From: Planctomycetota bacterium
GTDB lineage: Bacteria > Planctomycetota > B15-G4 > SIAN01
Direction: 5' to 3'
Assembly: GCA_031409275.1 (NCBI GenBank)
Contig: JANNXA010000010.1
Span: 32,001-96,000 of the forward strand
DNA: 64,000 nucleotides
Shown here: piece by piece, positions 31,082 through 43,038 of the stretch
Position numbering within the stretch: position 1 is the first letter of the stretch
Layout: every line of letters begins with the position of its first letter
Notes under the pieces: generated by a model
Told to the model about the DNA's origin: nothing
Databases searched by the model: none
What the model saw: the letters and a program-made list of their open reading frames with translations, nothing else
Position numbers and translations under genes: made by a program

Positions 31082-32170
31082 ATGTCGCTGCTGCTCGCAC
31101 TCGCTCTCGTCACGGCGGGATCACCCCGCGACCCCGCCAACGATCCACCCGGAACGCCGGTCGTGGCGGCGAAACGGGATACCACTGCAGCGGGCTTCTG
31201 GGCCGACTGGGCCTCCAGCCACAAGTACCAACTGAAGCAGCTCCCCGGCCGTGATCTGTTGGTGCTGCTGCCGAAGGAGCGCTCGAAGCCCGAGCGCTCC
31301 TTCGACCTGATCGAGCGGGCGTTGGCACGTGTCGACGCGATCCTGCCGACGAGCGGCGCCACCGCTGCATCCGCGGCGAAGGCCGATGGCGCTCTCTGGG
31401 GCGCCAGCGACCGGCCGCTCGATACCGGCACGATGGTGGTCGGCCTCTTCCGCAAGCCGGCCGACTTCGCCGCGGCGCTCACCGAGCTCGGCGAAGCGTT
31501 CCCCTACATGGCGGCGTGGACCGAAACGGCGAAGAATCAACCCGGCTGCATCCTCGAACGCCCGCTCTTCGGCGCCTGCGTCGAGAACGTTCCCGGGATG
31601 CAGGAGTGGAATCCCGACAACGAGCTGGTCCATCGTGCGGCGCAGCTGGCGACGATTCGCCGCGTTGGACGGCAGCCGGTCTGGGTCGGGCTCGGGATGG
31701 GCTGGAACGTCGAGTTCGACGTCTTGAAGAACATCTACTGCTTCCCCTGGCGCGACAGCTTCGTCTGGGCCACCGAGCACGGCGGTTGGGAGAACGACCT
31801 GCGCCGCATCTGGAAGAAGCGCGGCGGCGAGTCGCTACCGATCGCCGAGCTGGCCAAGGTGAAGCGCGGCGGTTTCGCCGTCGAAGAGGCGGCGCTCTGT
31901 TGGGGATTCGTCCGTTTTCTGGCGCAGCACCACGGCGCGAGCTTCCCCTCGCTCCTGCGCGAGTTCGATGCGCGCCGCGCCGTGCTCGGCCGTGTTCCGA
32001 CCGGCGATGGCAGGAACTGGACGATGGCGGCCGACTTCGAGCTGCCCGAGCAGGAACAGGCCAGCGCCATCGCGCAGCTCATCACGCCCGATGCGTTGCA
32101 GCAAGCCGCCGACTGGTTCCGGCTCGGCCCGAACTGGAAGAAGCCGACGGTGGCGAAGGCCAGCCGGTAA
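31082..32170 (+). CDS. Secreted hypothetical protein
   Basis: ATG after GAGAGG, signal peptide MSLLLALALVTAG, GC3-rich codons. Confidence 0.75.
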   Translation: MSLLLALALVTAGSPRDPANDPPGTPVVAAKRDTTAAGFWADWASSHKYQLKQLPGRDLLVLLPKERSKPERSFDLIERALARVDAILPTSGATAASAAKADGALWGASDRPLDTGTMVVGLFRKPADFAAALTELGEAFPYMAAWTETAKNQPGCILERPLFGACVENVPGMQEWNPDNELVHRAAQLATIRRVGRQPVWVGLGMGWNVEFDVLKNIYCFPWRDSFVWATEHGGWENDLRRIWKKRGGESLPIAELAKVKRGGFAVEEAALCWGFVRFLAQHHGASFPSLLREFDARRAVLGRVPTGDGRNWTMAADFELPEQEQASAIAQLITPDALQQAADWFRLGPNWKKPTVAKASR

Positions 32171-32197
32171 CGGACGCTTCGCCGCGCCTCAGCGCGT

Positions 32198-32692
32198 TCA
32201 CCCCGCCGGTGCCGGCGGCACGAGCTCCTCCTCCTCGACCAGCACATCCCAGTGCGCGATCAGCAGCTCGAAGCGCCGCTTCTCCTCGGCCCGGTGCTTC
32301 TCGCGGTCGGGAAAGAGGCGCGCGATCACCGCCTCGGGATGGTGGTCGTCGTGCGCGGTGAGCGCGTCGCGCCAGGTGATCTGCAGGCGGAAGTCCCAGC
32401 GGCTCTCCTCGGAGGCGTGGTGGCGCGGCACATGCGCGACGTAGTCGAGGATCCGCCCTTGGCGCTGCATCTCCTCGATCTGCGGCAGGTAGTTGCGCTT
32501 GAACAGCTCGATGAACTCCGCTGCGAAGCCCCACTTCGCCTTGTAGTAGTACTCGATGACGAAGGGCTCGGCAGGCACCGCCACGGCCACCGGAGCGAGG
32601 TCCGCCGCCGCAACGGCGGGAGCGCGACATCCACTGGCCATGGCGAGCGGCAGCAGCAGCGATACGAGCGACCCGACACTTGAACGGTCCAT
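32198..32692 (-). CDS. Putative lipoprotein of unknown function
   Basis: Lipobox-like LAMASGC. Core EYYYKAKWG..EF..LFKRN...EEKRRFELLIAHWD. Confidence 0.75.
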   Translation of the reverse strand: MDRSSVGSLVSLLLPLAMASGCRAPAVAAADLAPVAVAVPAEPFVIEYYYKAKWGFAAEFIELFKRNYLPQIEEMQRQGRILDYVAHVPRHHASEESRWDFRLQITWRDALTAHDDHHPEAVIARLFPDREKHRAEEKRRFELLIAHWDVLVEEEELVPPAPAG

Positions 32693-32743
32693 CGGCAAGC
32701 AACCCTCGAAAGAGGCGCGACGCCGAACCTGGCGCCGACGCGG

Positions 32744-33331
32744 TCAGGCAGGACGGTAGCCCTTCAGCACCGCTTTCAGGTCGGAGCGGAGCCACGACGG
32801 CAGATCGCCCTCCCCCTCGATCGCCCAGGTGATCAGCGACCCCTGGATCACCGCATAGAGCGTGCTCGCGAGCGCCGGGACGTCGCAGCGCTGCAGCTCG
32901 CCGGCCGCGACGGCGTCCCGCAGCAGCGAACGCAGGCCCGATTGGAACGTGCTCGCGCCGGCGCGGCCATGGGCGCGAAACTCGGGGTCGTCGAGGTCGG
33001 CGAGGAAGAAGGCCAGCGAGTGGGCGACCTCGTCGGTGGTCGCGCCGAGGACCGTCAGGCAATCGGCGAGTCCGAGCAACGCCTGGAGCGGCGAGGCGTA
33101 CCGCTCGCGTGCCTGCGCGAACAGGAAGGCGTGACCGGACGCGGCGTCCGCGGCCGCGGCCAGCAGAAGCGCTCGCTTCGACCCGAAGCGTTGGACCAGC
33201 GCTGCCGCCGAGAGACCCGCGGCCTCGGCGACGTCGGCGAGCGTCAGCCGGCCCGGGCCGATCCGGGCGATCACGCGGAAGACGGCGGCGAGGATCTCCG
33301 GGTCGCTGGCAAGTCGGGGACGGGCGGCCAT
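32744..33331 (-). CDS. TetR/AcrR family transcriptional regulator
   Basis: ARPR...LTLADVAEAAGLSAAALVQRFGSKRALL HTH. Confidence 0.92.
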   Translation of the reverse strand: MAARPRLASDPEILAAVFRVIARIGPGRLTLADVAEAAGLSAAALVQRFGSKRALLLAAAADAASGHAFLFAQARERYASPLQALLGLADCLTVLGATTDEVAHSLAFFLADLDDPEFRAHGRAGASTFQSGLRSLLRDAVAAGELQRCDVPALASTLYAVIQGSLITWAIEGEGDLPSWLRSDLKAVLKGYRPA

Positions 33332-33350
33332 GGCGAGATCCTAAACCGAA

Positions 33351-33389
33351 GTTCAGTAACCAATTGATTACTGAACGTGCGTTCATTTA
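33351..33389. promoter_or_regulatory. Palindromic operator(s) between the divergent tetR and ribD-C genes
   Basis: GTTCAGTAAC-CAATTG-ATTACTGAAC (26 bp, one mismatch) overlapping TGAAC-gtgc-GTTCA. Confidence 0.75.
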
Positions 33390-33449
33390 CTGTCCAGGCG
33401 ATGGCGCTCCCATCGCGGGAGCCCCGCAAGAACCAACGGAGTCACTGCC

Positions 33450-33995
33450 ATGCCGACCCGCCGTCCGCTCCGCTACCAGGTCGCCACCAGCCTCGACGGC
33501 TACCTCGCCGGCCCCAACGGCGAGTTCGACTGGATCCCGATGGACCCGGACCTCGACTTCGCCGCGCTCTTCGGCCGCTTCGACGGCCTGCTGATGGGGC
33601 GCAAGACCTGGGAGACGGTCGCGGCGATGCACGGCAGCGGCGGCGGCGCCTTCGGGCTCCCGACCTGGGTGGTATCGGCGACGCTCACCGGCCGCGCCCC
33701 GCCTGGCGTCACTCTGATCGACCGCGATGTCGCCGCGCAGGTGCGCGCCTTGAAGGAACTGCCGCCGAGCTCGCCAGGCAAGGAGCTCTGGCTTCACGGC
33801 GGCGGCGTCCTTGCCGCGAGCCTGCTCGACGCCGGCCTGGTCGACACCATCGAACTCGCCGTGATCCCGATCGCGCTAGGGCGCGGGATTCCGTTCCTCG
33901 CCGGGGCGCGGCGCCGTCACGCGCTGCGGCTCGAGGCGCACCGCGTCTACCCGAAGACCGGAACGACACTGCTGACCTATGCGGTCGCGAAGTAA
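33450..33995 (+). CDS. Dihydrofolate reductase / RibD C-terminal domain family protein
   Basis: ATSLDGYLA, LLMGRKTW, LWLHGGG, LVDTIELAVIPIALGRGIP. Confidence 0.9.
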   Translation: MPTRRPLRYQVATSLDGYLAGPNGEFDWIPMDPDLDFAALFGRFDGLLMGRKTWETVAAMHGSGGGAFGLPTWVVSATLTGRAPPGVTLIDRDVAAQVRALKELPPSSPGKELWLHGGGVLAASLLDAGLVDTIELAVIPIALGRGIPFLAGARRRHALRLEAHRVYPKTGTTLLTYAVAK

Positions 33996-34022
33996 GTCCG
34001 CGAAGACACCGAGGCGCCGATG

Positions 34023-34493
34023 TCAGCGCCCCGCAGCCGGCAGCTTCGCAATCACCTCGACCTCGACGCGCGCGCCGCGTGCGAGGGCCGAGGCGCCGAG
34101 CGCGCTCCTCGCGGGATAGCGGCCGTTGAAGCAGGTCGCGTAGACCTCGTTGAACTTCGGCCACTCGGCCATGTCGACCAGGAAGACGGAGGCCTTCACC
34201 ACATCGGCGAAGGTGCAGCCGCGCCGCTCGAGCGCGAGGCGCAGGTTCTCCATCGTCGCACGCGTCTCCGCCTCGATGCCACCCGGAACGAGATCGAAGG
34301 TGCCCGGCGCGGTGCCGATGGCGCCGGACACGAAGAGGAAGCCGCCCGCCTCGACCGACTCGGAGAAGGGCAGCGCGCGGCGCGCCTCATCGGGCGACGG
34401 GTGAAAGACGGGCGCCGCCGAATCGGACCGGCTGATGCAGCCGGCCGCGATCACCACCAGCAGAAGCGTGGACCCGATGGCGACGGTTCTCAT
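34023..34493 (-). CDS. RidA/YjgF family protein with a lipoprotein signal
   Basis: MRTVAIGSTLLLVVIAAGC, PFSESV, LFVSGAIG, FNEVY, YPARSA, VEVEVIA. Confidence 0.88.
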   Translation of the reverse strand: MRTVAIGSTLLLVVIAAGCISRSDSAAPVFHPSPDEARRALPFSESVEAGGFLFVSGAIGTAPGTFDLVPGGIEAETRATMENLRLALERRGCTFADVVKASVFLVDMAEWPKFNEVYATCFNGRYPARSALGASALARGARVEVEVIAKLPAAGR

Positions 34494-34604
34494 GACGGCA
34501 ACCCCGACCAGGAAAGTGTCGTGCAAGCCGGTGCGCGACCGGCGTGGCGAGCGTAACGTCGCGAGTGGGCGCGCGGAGACACTGCGCGCGCGAGGAGACG
34601 CCTG

Positions 34605-35921
34605 ATGGCCCCCGAGCCGCGCACGAGCCGCCGCCAATTCGTCGGCCAGCTCGGCAAAGCCGCGGGCGCCAGCGCACTCGCCGCCGCCTTCGCGACCGCC
34701 GCGGCCGAGCGGCTCCACGCAGCGGTGAGCGGCGCGGCTGGCCGTCCCGCCGCCGCGGTGGCGCGCGACGAGGAGTTCTGGCTGCCAGTGCAGCAGGCGT
34801 GGGACATCGATCGCGCGCTGCTCAACTTCAACAACGGCAGCTGCTCGCCCGCGCCGCGGATCGCGCTCGAGGCGCTGTTCCGCGACTGGCGCTTCGCCAA
34901 CGAGCTGATGTACCACCACCTGATGGTCGTCCTCGATCCGCGCCGCGAGGCGGTGCGCACCCAGCTCGCCACGCTGTTCGGCGCCGACCGCGAGACCATC
35001 GCGATGGTGCGCAACGCCTCCGAGGCGCTCGAGACCATCACGTTCGGGATCGAGCTCGCGCACGGCGACGAGGTGGTCACGACCGACCACGACTACCCGC
35101 GGATGATCACCGCCTGGCGCCAGCGCGAGAAGCGCGACCGCATCGTGCTGAAGCAGGTCGAGCTGCCGGTGCCGCTGCGCGACCCGGCCGATCTCGTCGC
35201 CGCGTTCGCCGCCAAGATCACGCCGCGCACGCGCGTACTGCACATGAGCCACATCCACTACACGACCGGCCAGATCGGGCCGGTGAAGGCGCTGTGCGAC
35301 CTCGCCCGCAGCCGCGGGATCCTCTCGATCGTCGACGGCGCGCACGCGTTCGCCCACCTTGACGTGAAGGCGGCCGAGATCGGCGCCGACTTCTATGGCA
35401 CGAGCCTCCACAAGTGGCTCGCTGCGCCGGTCGGCAACGGGATGCTGCACGTGCGCAAGGAGCTGATCCCGTCGCTGTGGCCGCTCTTCGCCCATCCCGA
35501 CCCGCAGAGCCCCGACATCCGCAAGTTCGAGGAGCCGGGCACCAACCCGGTGCCCGTGCTGCTCGCGGTCTCCGAGGCGATCGCGCTCCACCAGCTGATC
35601 GGCGCGCAGCGCAAGCAGGAGCGGCTGCGCTACCTGCGCGACGCGTGGGCGACGCCGCTCGCGCAGGAGCGCAACTGCCGCGTCCTGCCCTCGCTCGACG
35701 CCGCACACACCTGCGGCATCGCCTGCGTCGCCGTCGACGGCGTCGATCCGGCGCAACTCGCCAAGCACCTGCTGGAGAAGAAGCAGATCTACACCGTCGG
35801 CATCGCGCGCCCCGACGTGAACGCGCTGCGCGTGACGCCGAACCTCTACACCACGCTGCCGGAGATCGAGCGTTTCGTCGACGCCGTCCGCGAGGTGGCG
35901 AGGAACGGGCTGCCGGGTTAG
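34605..35921 (+). CDS. Tat-exported class V PLP-dependent enzyme (isopenicillin N epimerase / cysteine desulfurase-like fold)
   Basis: SRRQFV Tat motif, NASEAL, VDGAHA, SLHKWL (PLP Lys). Confidence 0.88.
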   Translation: MAPEPRTSRRQFVGQLGKAAGASALAAAFATAAAERLHAAVSGAAGRPAAAVARDEEFWLPVQQAWDIDRALLNFNNGSCSPAPRIALEALFRDWRFANELMYHHLMVVLDPRREAVRTQLATLFGADRETIAMVRNASEALETITFGIELAHGDEVVTTDHDYPRMITAWRQREKRDRIVLKQVELPVPLRDPADLVAAFAAKITPRTRVLHMSHIHYTTGQIGPVKALCDLARSRGILSIVDGAHAFAHLDVKAAEIGADFYGTSLHKWLAAPVGNGMLHVRKELIPSLWPLFAHPDPQSPDIRKFEEPGTNPVPVLLAVSEAIALHQLIGAQRKQERLRYLRDAWATPLAQERNCRVLPSLDAAHTCGIACVAVDGVDPAQLAKHLLEKKQIYTVGIARPDVNALRVTPNLYTTLPEIERFVDAVREVARNGLPG

Positions 35922-35949
35922 TCGAAGCGGGACGAACTCGCCGCGCGGC

Positions 35950-36594
35950 TCATGGCGCCGCGCTCGTCCTTGAAGGGCCCCGTCCGCCTTCGACCTCGCC
36001 GATCTGCCGCTCCTGCACGCGCGCGAACATCAACTGCGCCAGCGTCGCCCCGACCAGCGCCAGGAACATGTCGTTCTGCGTGTCCCACGGATCGCCTTGC
36101 GTGCCGAGGAAGGCGTCGGAAGCCTGACCGATCGCCAGCGCAGTCGCCCATTCGAGCAGCTCATAGGTCGCGCTGAAGGCCAGCACGATCGCGGTCACGA
36201 TCATGAAGAGCCAGCGACGGCCGGTGACCACGCGCTGGCGCAGCAGCACTTCGCGCACGAGCAGCGCCGGCACGAAGCCCTGCGTGAAGTGGCCGAGGCG
36301 GTCGTAGTGGTTGCGCGCCAGCCCGAACGCGTCGCGTACCCAGTCGCCAAGCGGCACTTCCGCGTAGGTCCAGTGCGCACCGACGATCAGCACCAGCGCG
36401 TGCAGCACGAGCAGGCGCTGCGTGAGCGGCGTCAGCGGGAAGCGCTTCCACGTGGCGATCAGCAGCGGCGCCGCAATCAGCACCGGTGCCACCTCGAGCC
36501 ACCACGTCGGCCAGTCGCGCGGCGCGATGGCGGAGAGGCCGAGCGCGACGGCGGTCAGCAGCAGCAGGAGCAGAGGTTCGAGGCGAGCGTTCAC
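35950..36594 (-). CDS. DUF2238 (YjdF-like) membrane protein
   Basis: TWWLE, GAHWTYAEVPLG, RNHYDRLGHF, YELLEW, FLGTQGDPWDTQNDM. Confidence 0.88.
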   Translation of the reverse strand: MNARLEPLLLLLLTAVALGLSAIAPRDWPTWWLEVAPVLIAAPLLIATWKRFPLTPLTQRLLVLHALVLIVGAHWTYAEVPLGDWVRDAFGLARNHYDRLGHFTQGFVPALLVREVLLRQRVVTGRRWLFMIVTAIVLAFSATYELLEWATALAIGQASDAFLGTQGDPWDTQNDMFLALVGATLAQLMFARVQERQIGEVEGGRGPSRTSAAP

Positions 36595-36651
36595 GGCGGC
36601 GCAGGCTACTCGGCGGTGCGGCTCGACGCGCGCAACGCTCGTCGCGACTCG

Positions 36652-38205
36652 CTACTCGAGGTAGCCGAGCGCGCGCAGGCGCTGCAGCGTCTCGGGATCA
36701 GCCGCGGCGAGATCCTTCTCGGTCAGGCTCTTCACGTCGACGCCGGCGCGGCGCGCCTGGTTCCTCGCCCACCACTCGAGCACCATCTCCTCGAAGCGGG
36801 CGACGCGCTCTGGCTCGGTGTCGGCGAGGTTCTTCTCCTCGCGGAAGTCGGTGTCGAGGCGGAAGAGCTCATGGCGCGGCCGCGGCCGGTTGGCCGTCGG
36901 CTTCAGGTTGAGGATGTACTTCCACGGCCCCTCGATGACCGAAAGATGGTTGCCCTGGCCGGGGAAGAACTTCTCCTCCGGCATCTCGTGCAGCTCGGCG
37001 AAGACGGCGTGCGCGTCGCCCGCCTCGCCCTTCTGCAGCGTGGCGAAGCTCCGGCCCTGGAGCCCTTCGGGCGGCTCGACGCCGAGGAGCTCGAGCAGAG
37101 TCGGATAGAGGTCGATCGACTGCACCGGCTCCTTCACCACCAGCCCGGCCGGCACGAGGCCGGGCGCGACGACGATCAGCGGCACGTGGAGCAGTTCGTT
37201 GTAGAGCGTGTAGGCGTGGCTGGTGCCGCCGTTCTCCATGAACTCCTCCCCGTGGTCGGAGGTGATCACGAAGATCGCGTCCTCGAACTCGGGCCGATGG
37301 CGTAGCGCTTCGTGGAGCTTGCCGATCTCGCGGTCGTTGGCGCGGATGTCGGCGTCATAGAGAGCGAGCGCCGTCTCGATGAACGGCTCCACCTTCACCT
37401 TCGCGCGCTCGAACTGTTCCCGCGTCGTGACGCTGCCGACCTTGCCCGGGTTCTTCTCCCGGATCTCGCGCAGCTGCTTCTCGTACTCCTTCTTCTTCGC
37501 CTCGGTGGTGAACTTGCGGAAGTCGGCCGGCTCCGGGTCGTACCGCTCGTGCGGATCGACCGAGTGGAGGTAGAGGAACCAGGGCGAGAGCTTGTTGGCC
37601 TTGAGGAACGGCAGCACCTTGTCGTTGATCGCGGCGCCCGAGCCGGTCGAGTGGCCGATCGTGTCGCCGCCCTGGATGATTTGCGTCGCCTCCATGAACT
37701 CGTCGAACCCTTGCTGGTAGTTCGACATGCGGCCCATCACCGGGTTGGTCGAGAAGCCCGCCGTGCGCCAGCCGGCGGCGCGCAACGCCTCGGGCAACGT
37801 GACGAACCGCTCGTCGAGCTGGTCGAAGAAGCGGTGCATGCCGGTGACGGTCGGGTAGCACGAGGTGAGGATCGACGCGACCGCCGGCTTGGTCCACGGC
37901 GCCTGCGAGAAACAGCGCTCGAACTTCACGCCGAGCTTCGCGATCTCGGCGAGCTCCTTCGACGTCTCGCGCTCGCAGCCGTACGCGCTGAGCCGATCGG
38001 CGCGGCAGGTGTCGATGACGTAGAGCACGAGGCTGCGCGGCTTGCCCGGCGGCTGGGCGGTAGGCGGCGCGGCCGGAGCGGACGGCGGCGCCGGTCGGGC
38101 GGGATCCTGCGGCGCGCGCGCCGGCGCCTGCGCGTGGAGCTGCGGAGTCAAGAGCGACGCCCCGAACACGAGCGCGGCGGCGCGCGAGGCCTTGCGGACC
38201 TTCAT
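36652..38205 (-). CDS. Secreted sulfatase-like / alkaline phosphatase superfamily protein
   Basis: IDTCRAD, APWTKPAVASILT, DPHERY, ITSDHGEEF, HVPLI, C-terminal LRALGYL. Start ATG 38205. Confidence 0.85.
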   Translation of the reverse strand: MKVRKASRAAALVFGASLLTPQLHAQAPARAPQDPARPAPPSAPAAPPTAQPPGKPRSLVLYVIDTCRADRLSAYGCERETSKELAEIAKLGVKFERCFSQAPWTKPAVASILTSCYPTVTGMHRFFDQLDERFVTLPEALRAAGWRTAGFSTNPVMGRMSNYQQGFDEFMEATQIIQGGDTIGHSTGSGAAINDKVLPFLKANKLSPWFLYLHSVDPHERYDPEPADFRKFTTEAKKKEYEKQLREIREKNPGKVGSVTTREQFERAKVKVEPFIETALALYDADIRANDREIGKLHEALRHRPEFEDAIFVITSDHGEEFMENGGTSHAYTLYNELLHVPLIVVAPGLVPAGLVVKEPVQSIDLYPTLLELLGVEPPEGLQGRSFATLQKGEAGDAHAVFAELHEMPEEKFFPGQGNHLSVIEGPWKYILNLKPTANRPRPRHELFRLDTDFREEKNLADTEPERVARFEEMVLEWWARNQARRAGVDVKSLTEKDLAAADPETLQRLRALGYLE

Positions 38206-38352
38206 CGGACGGTTCCCCGAGCGGGTCGCCTGGCGGCGTGGCGGACGATAGCGCCGAGCTGACGCGCTAAGCTTCCCGCCCCTCGCGGCTCGCGCTGCGG
38301 CGGCCGATCGGCCCCGCCCGACCGGCGCCGCCGCCGACTTGGAGCCGCATCG

Positions 38353-41091
<2,739 letters not shown>

Positions 41092-41321
41092 GCGGCCGGC
41101 GCGGTCGCCGATGACGGCCGCACGACGAGCGCATGACGAAGCAGCGAAGGACGGGAGCGTGCCCACGCAGGCGCGCTCCCGTCGTTTCGTCGTCGATCCG
41201 ATCGCGATCGACTCTCGGTCACCGGGCTTGCGGCGGCGCCCGGCTCGGTCGGTCCGAACGGGATAGGCTCTTCGAGCAGCCCCGTCAGAAGTCGTCACGA
41301 GACGTGGCAGTGGAGCAGCGC

Positions 41322-43016
41322 ATGCGGATCGTGATGTCGGCCGCGGCGGTCGGAACCTTGCTCGTCACGGCGCCGATGCAGGCGCAGCAGCTGCCCGGTC
41401 GCGGGCGCTTCGCGGACGATCGACTGATCCTGTCGATCGAGCAGCGCACGCCCGAGGTTGCCTCCGCGCTGCTCCTGCTGCCGCCCCACACCGAGCGGCC
41501 GCTCTTCCGCGTGCCGCCGCGCGGCTGGCGCGATCCAGCCGCCGCACGCGCGTGCGGCCTCGAACGCTTCGTCGTCCTGCAGTTCGCTTCACCGCAACGC
41601 GACCTCGCGCTGCGCGCCCACGCGCTCGCCGACCTGCCAGGCGTGACGAGCTGCGAATGCTGCGCGTTGGGCGATCCGGGGTCGACGCTGCCCGACGATC
41701 CCGACTTCCCGCTGCAGTGGGCGCTGCAGCCGGGAATGCTCGACGCGCCGGCGGCGTGGGATCTGGTGCGCCAGTCGACGCAGCTCGTCGGCGTCATCGA
41801 CAGCGGCTGCGACCTGACTCACCCGGAGCTGCAGGCCTCGCAGTGGACCAACCCTGGCGAGATCCCCGCCAACGGGATCGACGACGAAGGCAACGGCTAC
41901 GTCGACGACGTGCACGGCTGGAACTTCCTGACCGACGACGCCACCATCCCGCCACACCCGCACGGCACGCGCGTCGCCGGCTGCATCGCCGCGCAAGGCG
42001 ACAACGCCTTGGAGATCGCCGGCGTGTGCTGGTCGGCGCCGCTGCTCTTCGCCGTCGTCTGGGGCGGCGGCGCGCCGATCAACGTCGATGACGCCAGCGC
42101 GGCCGTCGTCTACGCCGCCGATCAAGGAGTGCGAGTCGCGCAGATGGCGTGGGGCTTCGTCGCGCCCGAGCCACTGGCACTGCGCGCAGCGATCACCTAC
42201 GCCAATTCGCTCGACGTGATGCAGGTCTCGCTGGCCGGCAACCAGCCCGTCGACGAACCGCTCTTCCCGGGCGCGCGTCCCGAGGTGCTGGCGGTGATCG
42301 CCACCGATTCGACGGACGCGCGCGCGAGCTTCTCCGGCTTCGGCCTGTGGTGCGATCTGTCGGCGCCTGGCGCCGACATCCAAGTCATCTCCATGCCGGG
42401 ACGGCCCGATGTCTCCTCCGGCACCACCTTCTCCAGCTCGCACACGTCAGGTGCCGCCGCACTGCTGCGCGAGTGGAGGCCCGACGCCGACGCCGAGACG
42501 ATCCGCTTGCTGCTACTCGCCTCTTCGAAGGACCTCGGTGTCGCCGGCTTCGACCCTGACTTCGGTTGGGGACGGCTCGACCTCGGCGCCGCGATGAAGC
42601 TGGCGACGACGCTCACCGCCGATCGTTCCGAGGCGGCGCCGGGCGACGACGTGGTGCTGCGCCTCGACGACCCGAGCGCGCCGTTCCAATTGCACGCGTT
42701 GCTGGTCACGCGCTTCGGCCGCTTTCCTGGCACGCCGCTCTTTGAACTTGATCCGCTCGATTCTCGCGTGATCTTCCTGAACGACGACCCGCTGCTGTGG
42801 CCGCTGGCGCTCGGCGTGGTGCCGGGGGGCGACGCGCTCTTCGAGCGCTTCCTCGAGTGCACCGACGGCAGCGGCTTCTCGCAGGCGACCATGCACCTGC
42901 CCGATGGGCCGTTGCTGCTCGGCGTCGATCTCGACTTCGCCGCCGCGCTCTTCGATCCATCCGATCTCGCCCACGTGACGCGGCTCACCGCGACGGCGCG
43001 CGTCAAGGTGCGGTGA
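41322..43016 (+). CDS. Secreted S8 subtilase-like protein with an atypical nucleophile motif
   Basis: VIDSG, IDDEGNGYVDDVHGWNF, HGTRVAG, LAGN, DLSAPG, and SGTTFS instead of GTSMA. Confidence 0.85.
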   Translation: MRIVMSAAAVGTLLVTAPMQAQQLPGRGRFADDRLILSIEQRTPEVASALLLLPPHTERPLFRVPPRGWRDPAAARACGLERFVVLQFASPQRDLALRAHALADLPGVTSCECCALGDPGSTLPDDPDFPLQWALQPGMLDAPAAWDLVRQSTQLVGVIDSGCDLTHPELQASQWTNPGEIPANGIDDEGNGYVDDVHGWNFLTDDATIPPHPHGTRVAGCIAAQGDNALEIAGVCWSAPLLFAVVWGGGAPINVDDASAAVVYAADQGVRVAQMAWGFVAPEPLALRAAITYANSLDVMQVSLAGNQPVDEPLFPGARPEVLAVIATDSTDARASFSGFGLWCDLSAPGADIQVISMPGRPDVSSGTTFSSSHTSGAAALLREWRPDADAETIRLLLLASSKDLGVAGFDPDFGWGRLDLGAAMKLATTLTADRSEAAPGDDVVLRLDDPSAPFQLHALLVTRFGRFPGTPLFELDPLDSRVIFLNDDPLLWPLALGVVPGGDALFERFLECTDGSGFSQATMHLPDGPLLLGVDLDFAAALFDPSDLAHVTRLTATARVKVR

Positions 43017-43038
43017 GGATGCGGCCGGTGCGCTCGCT

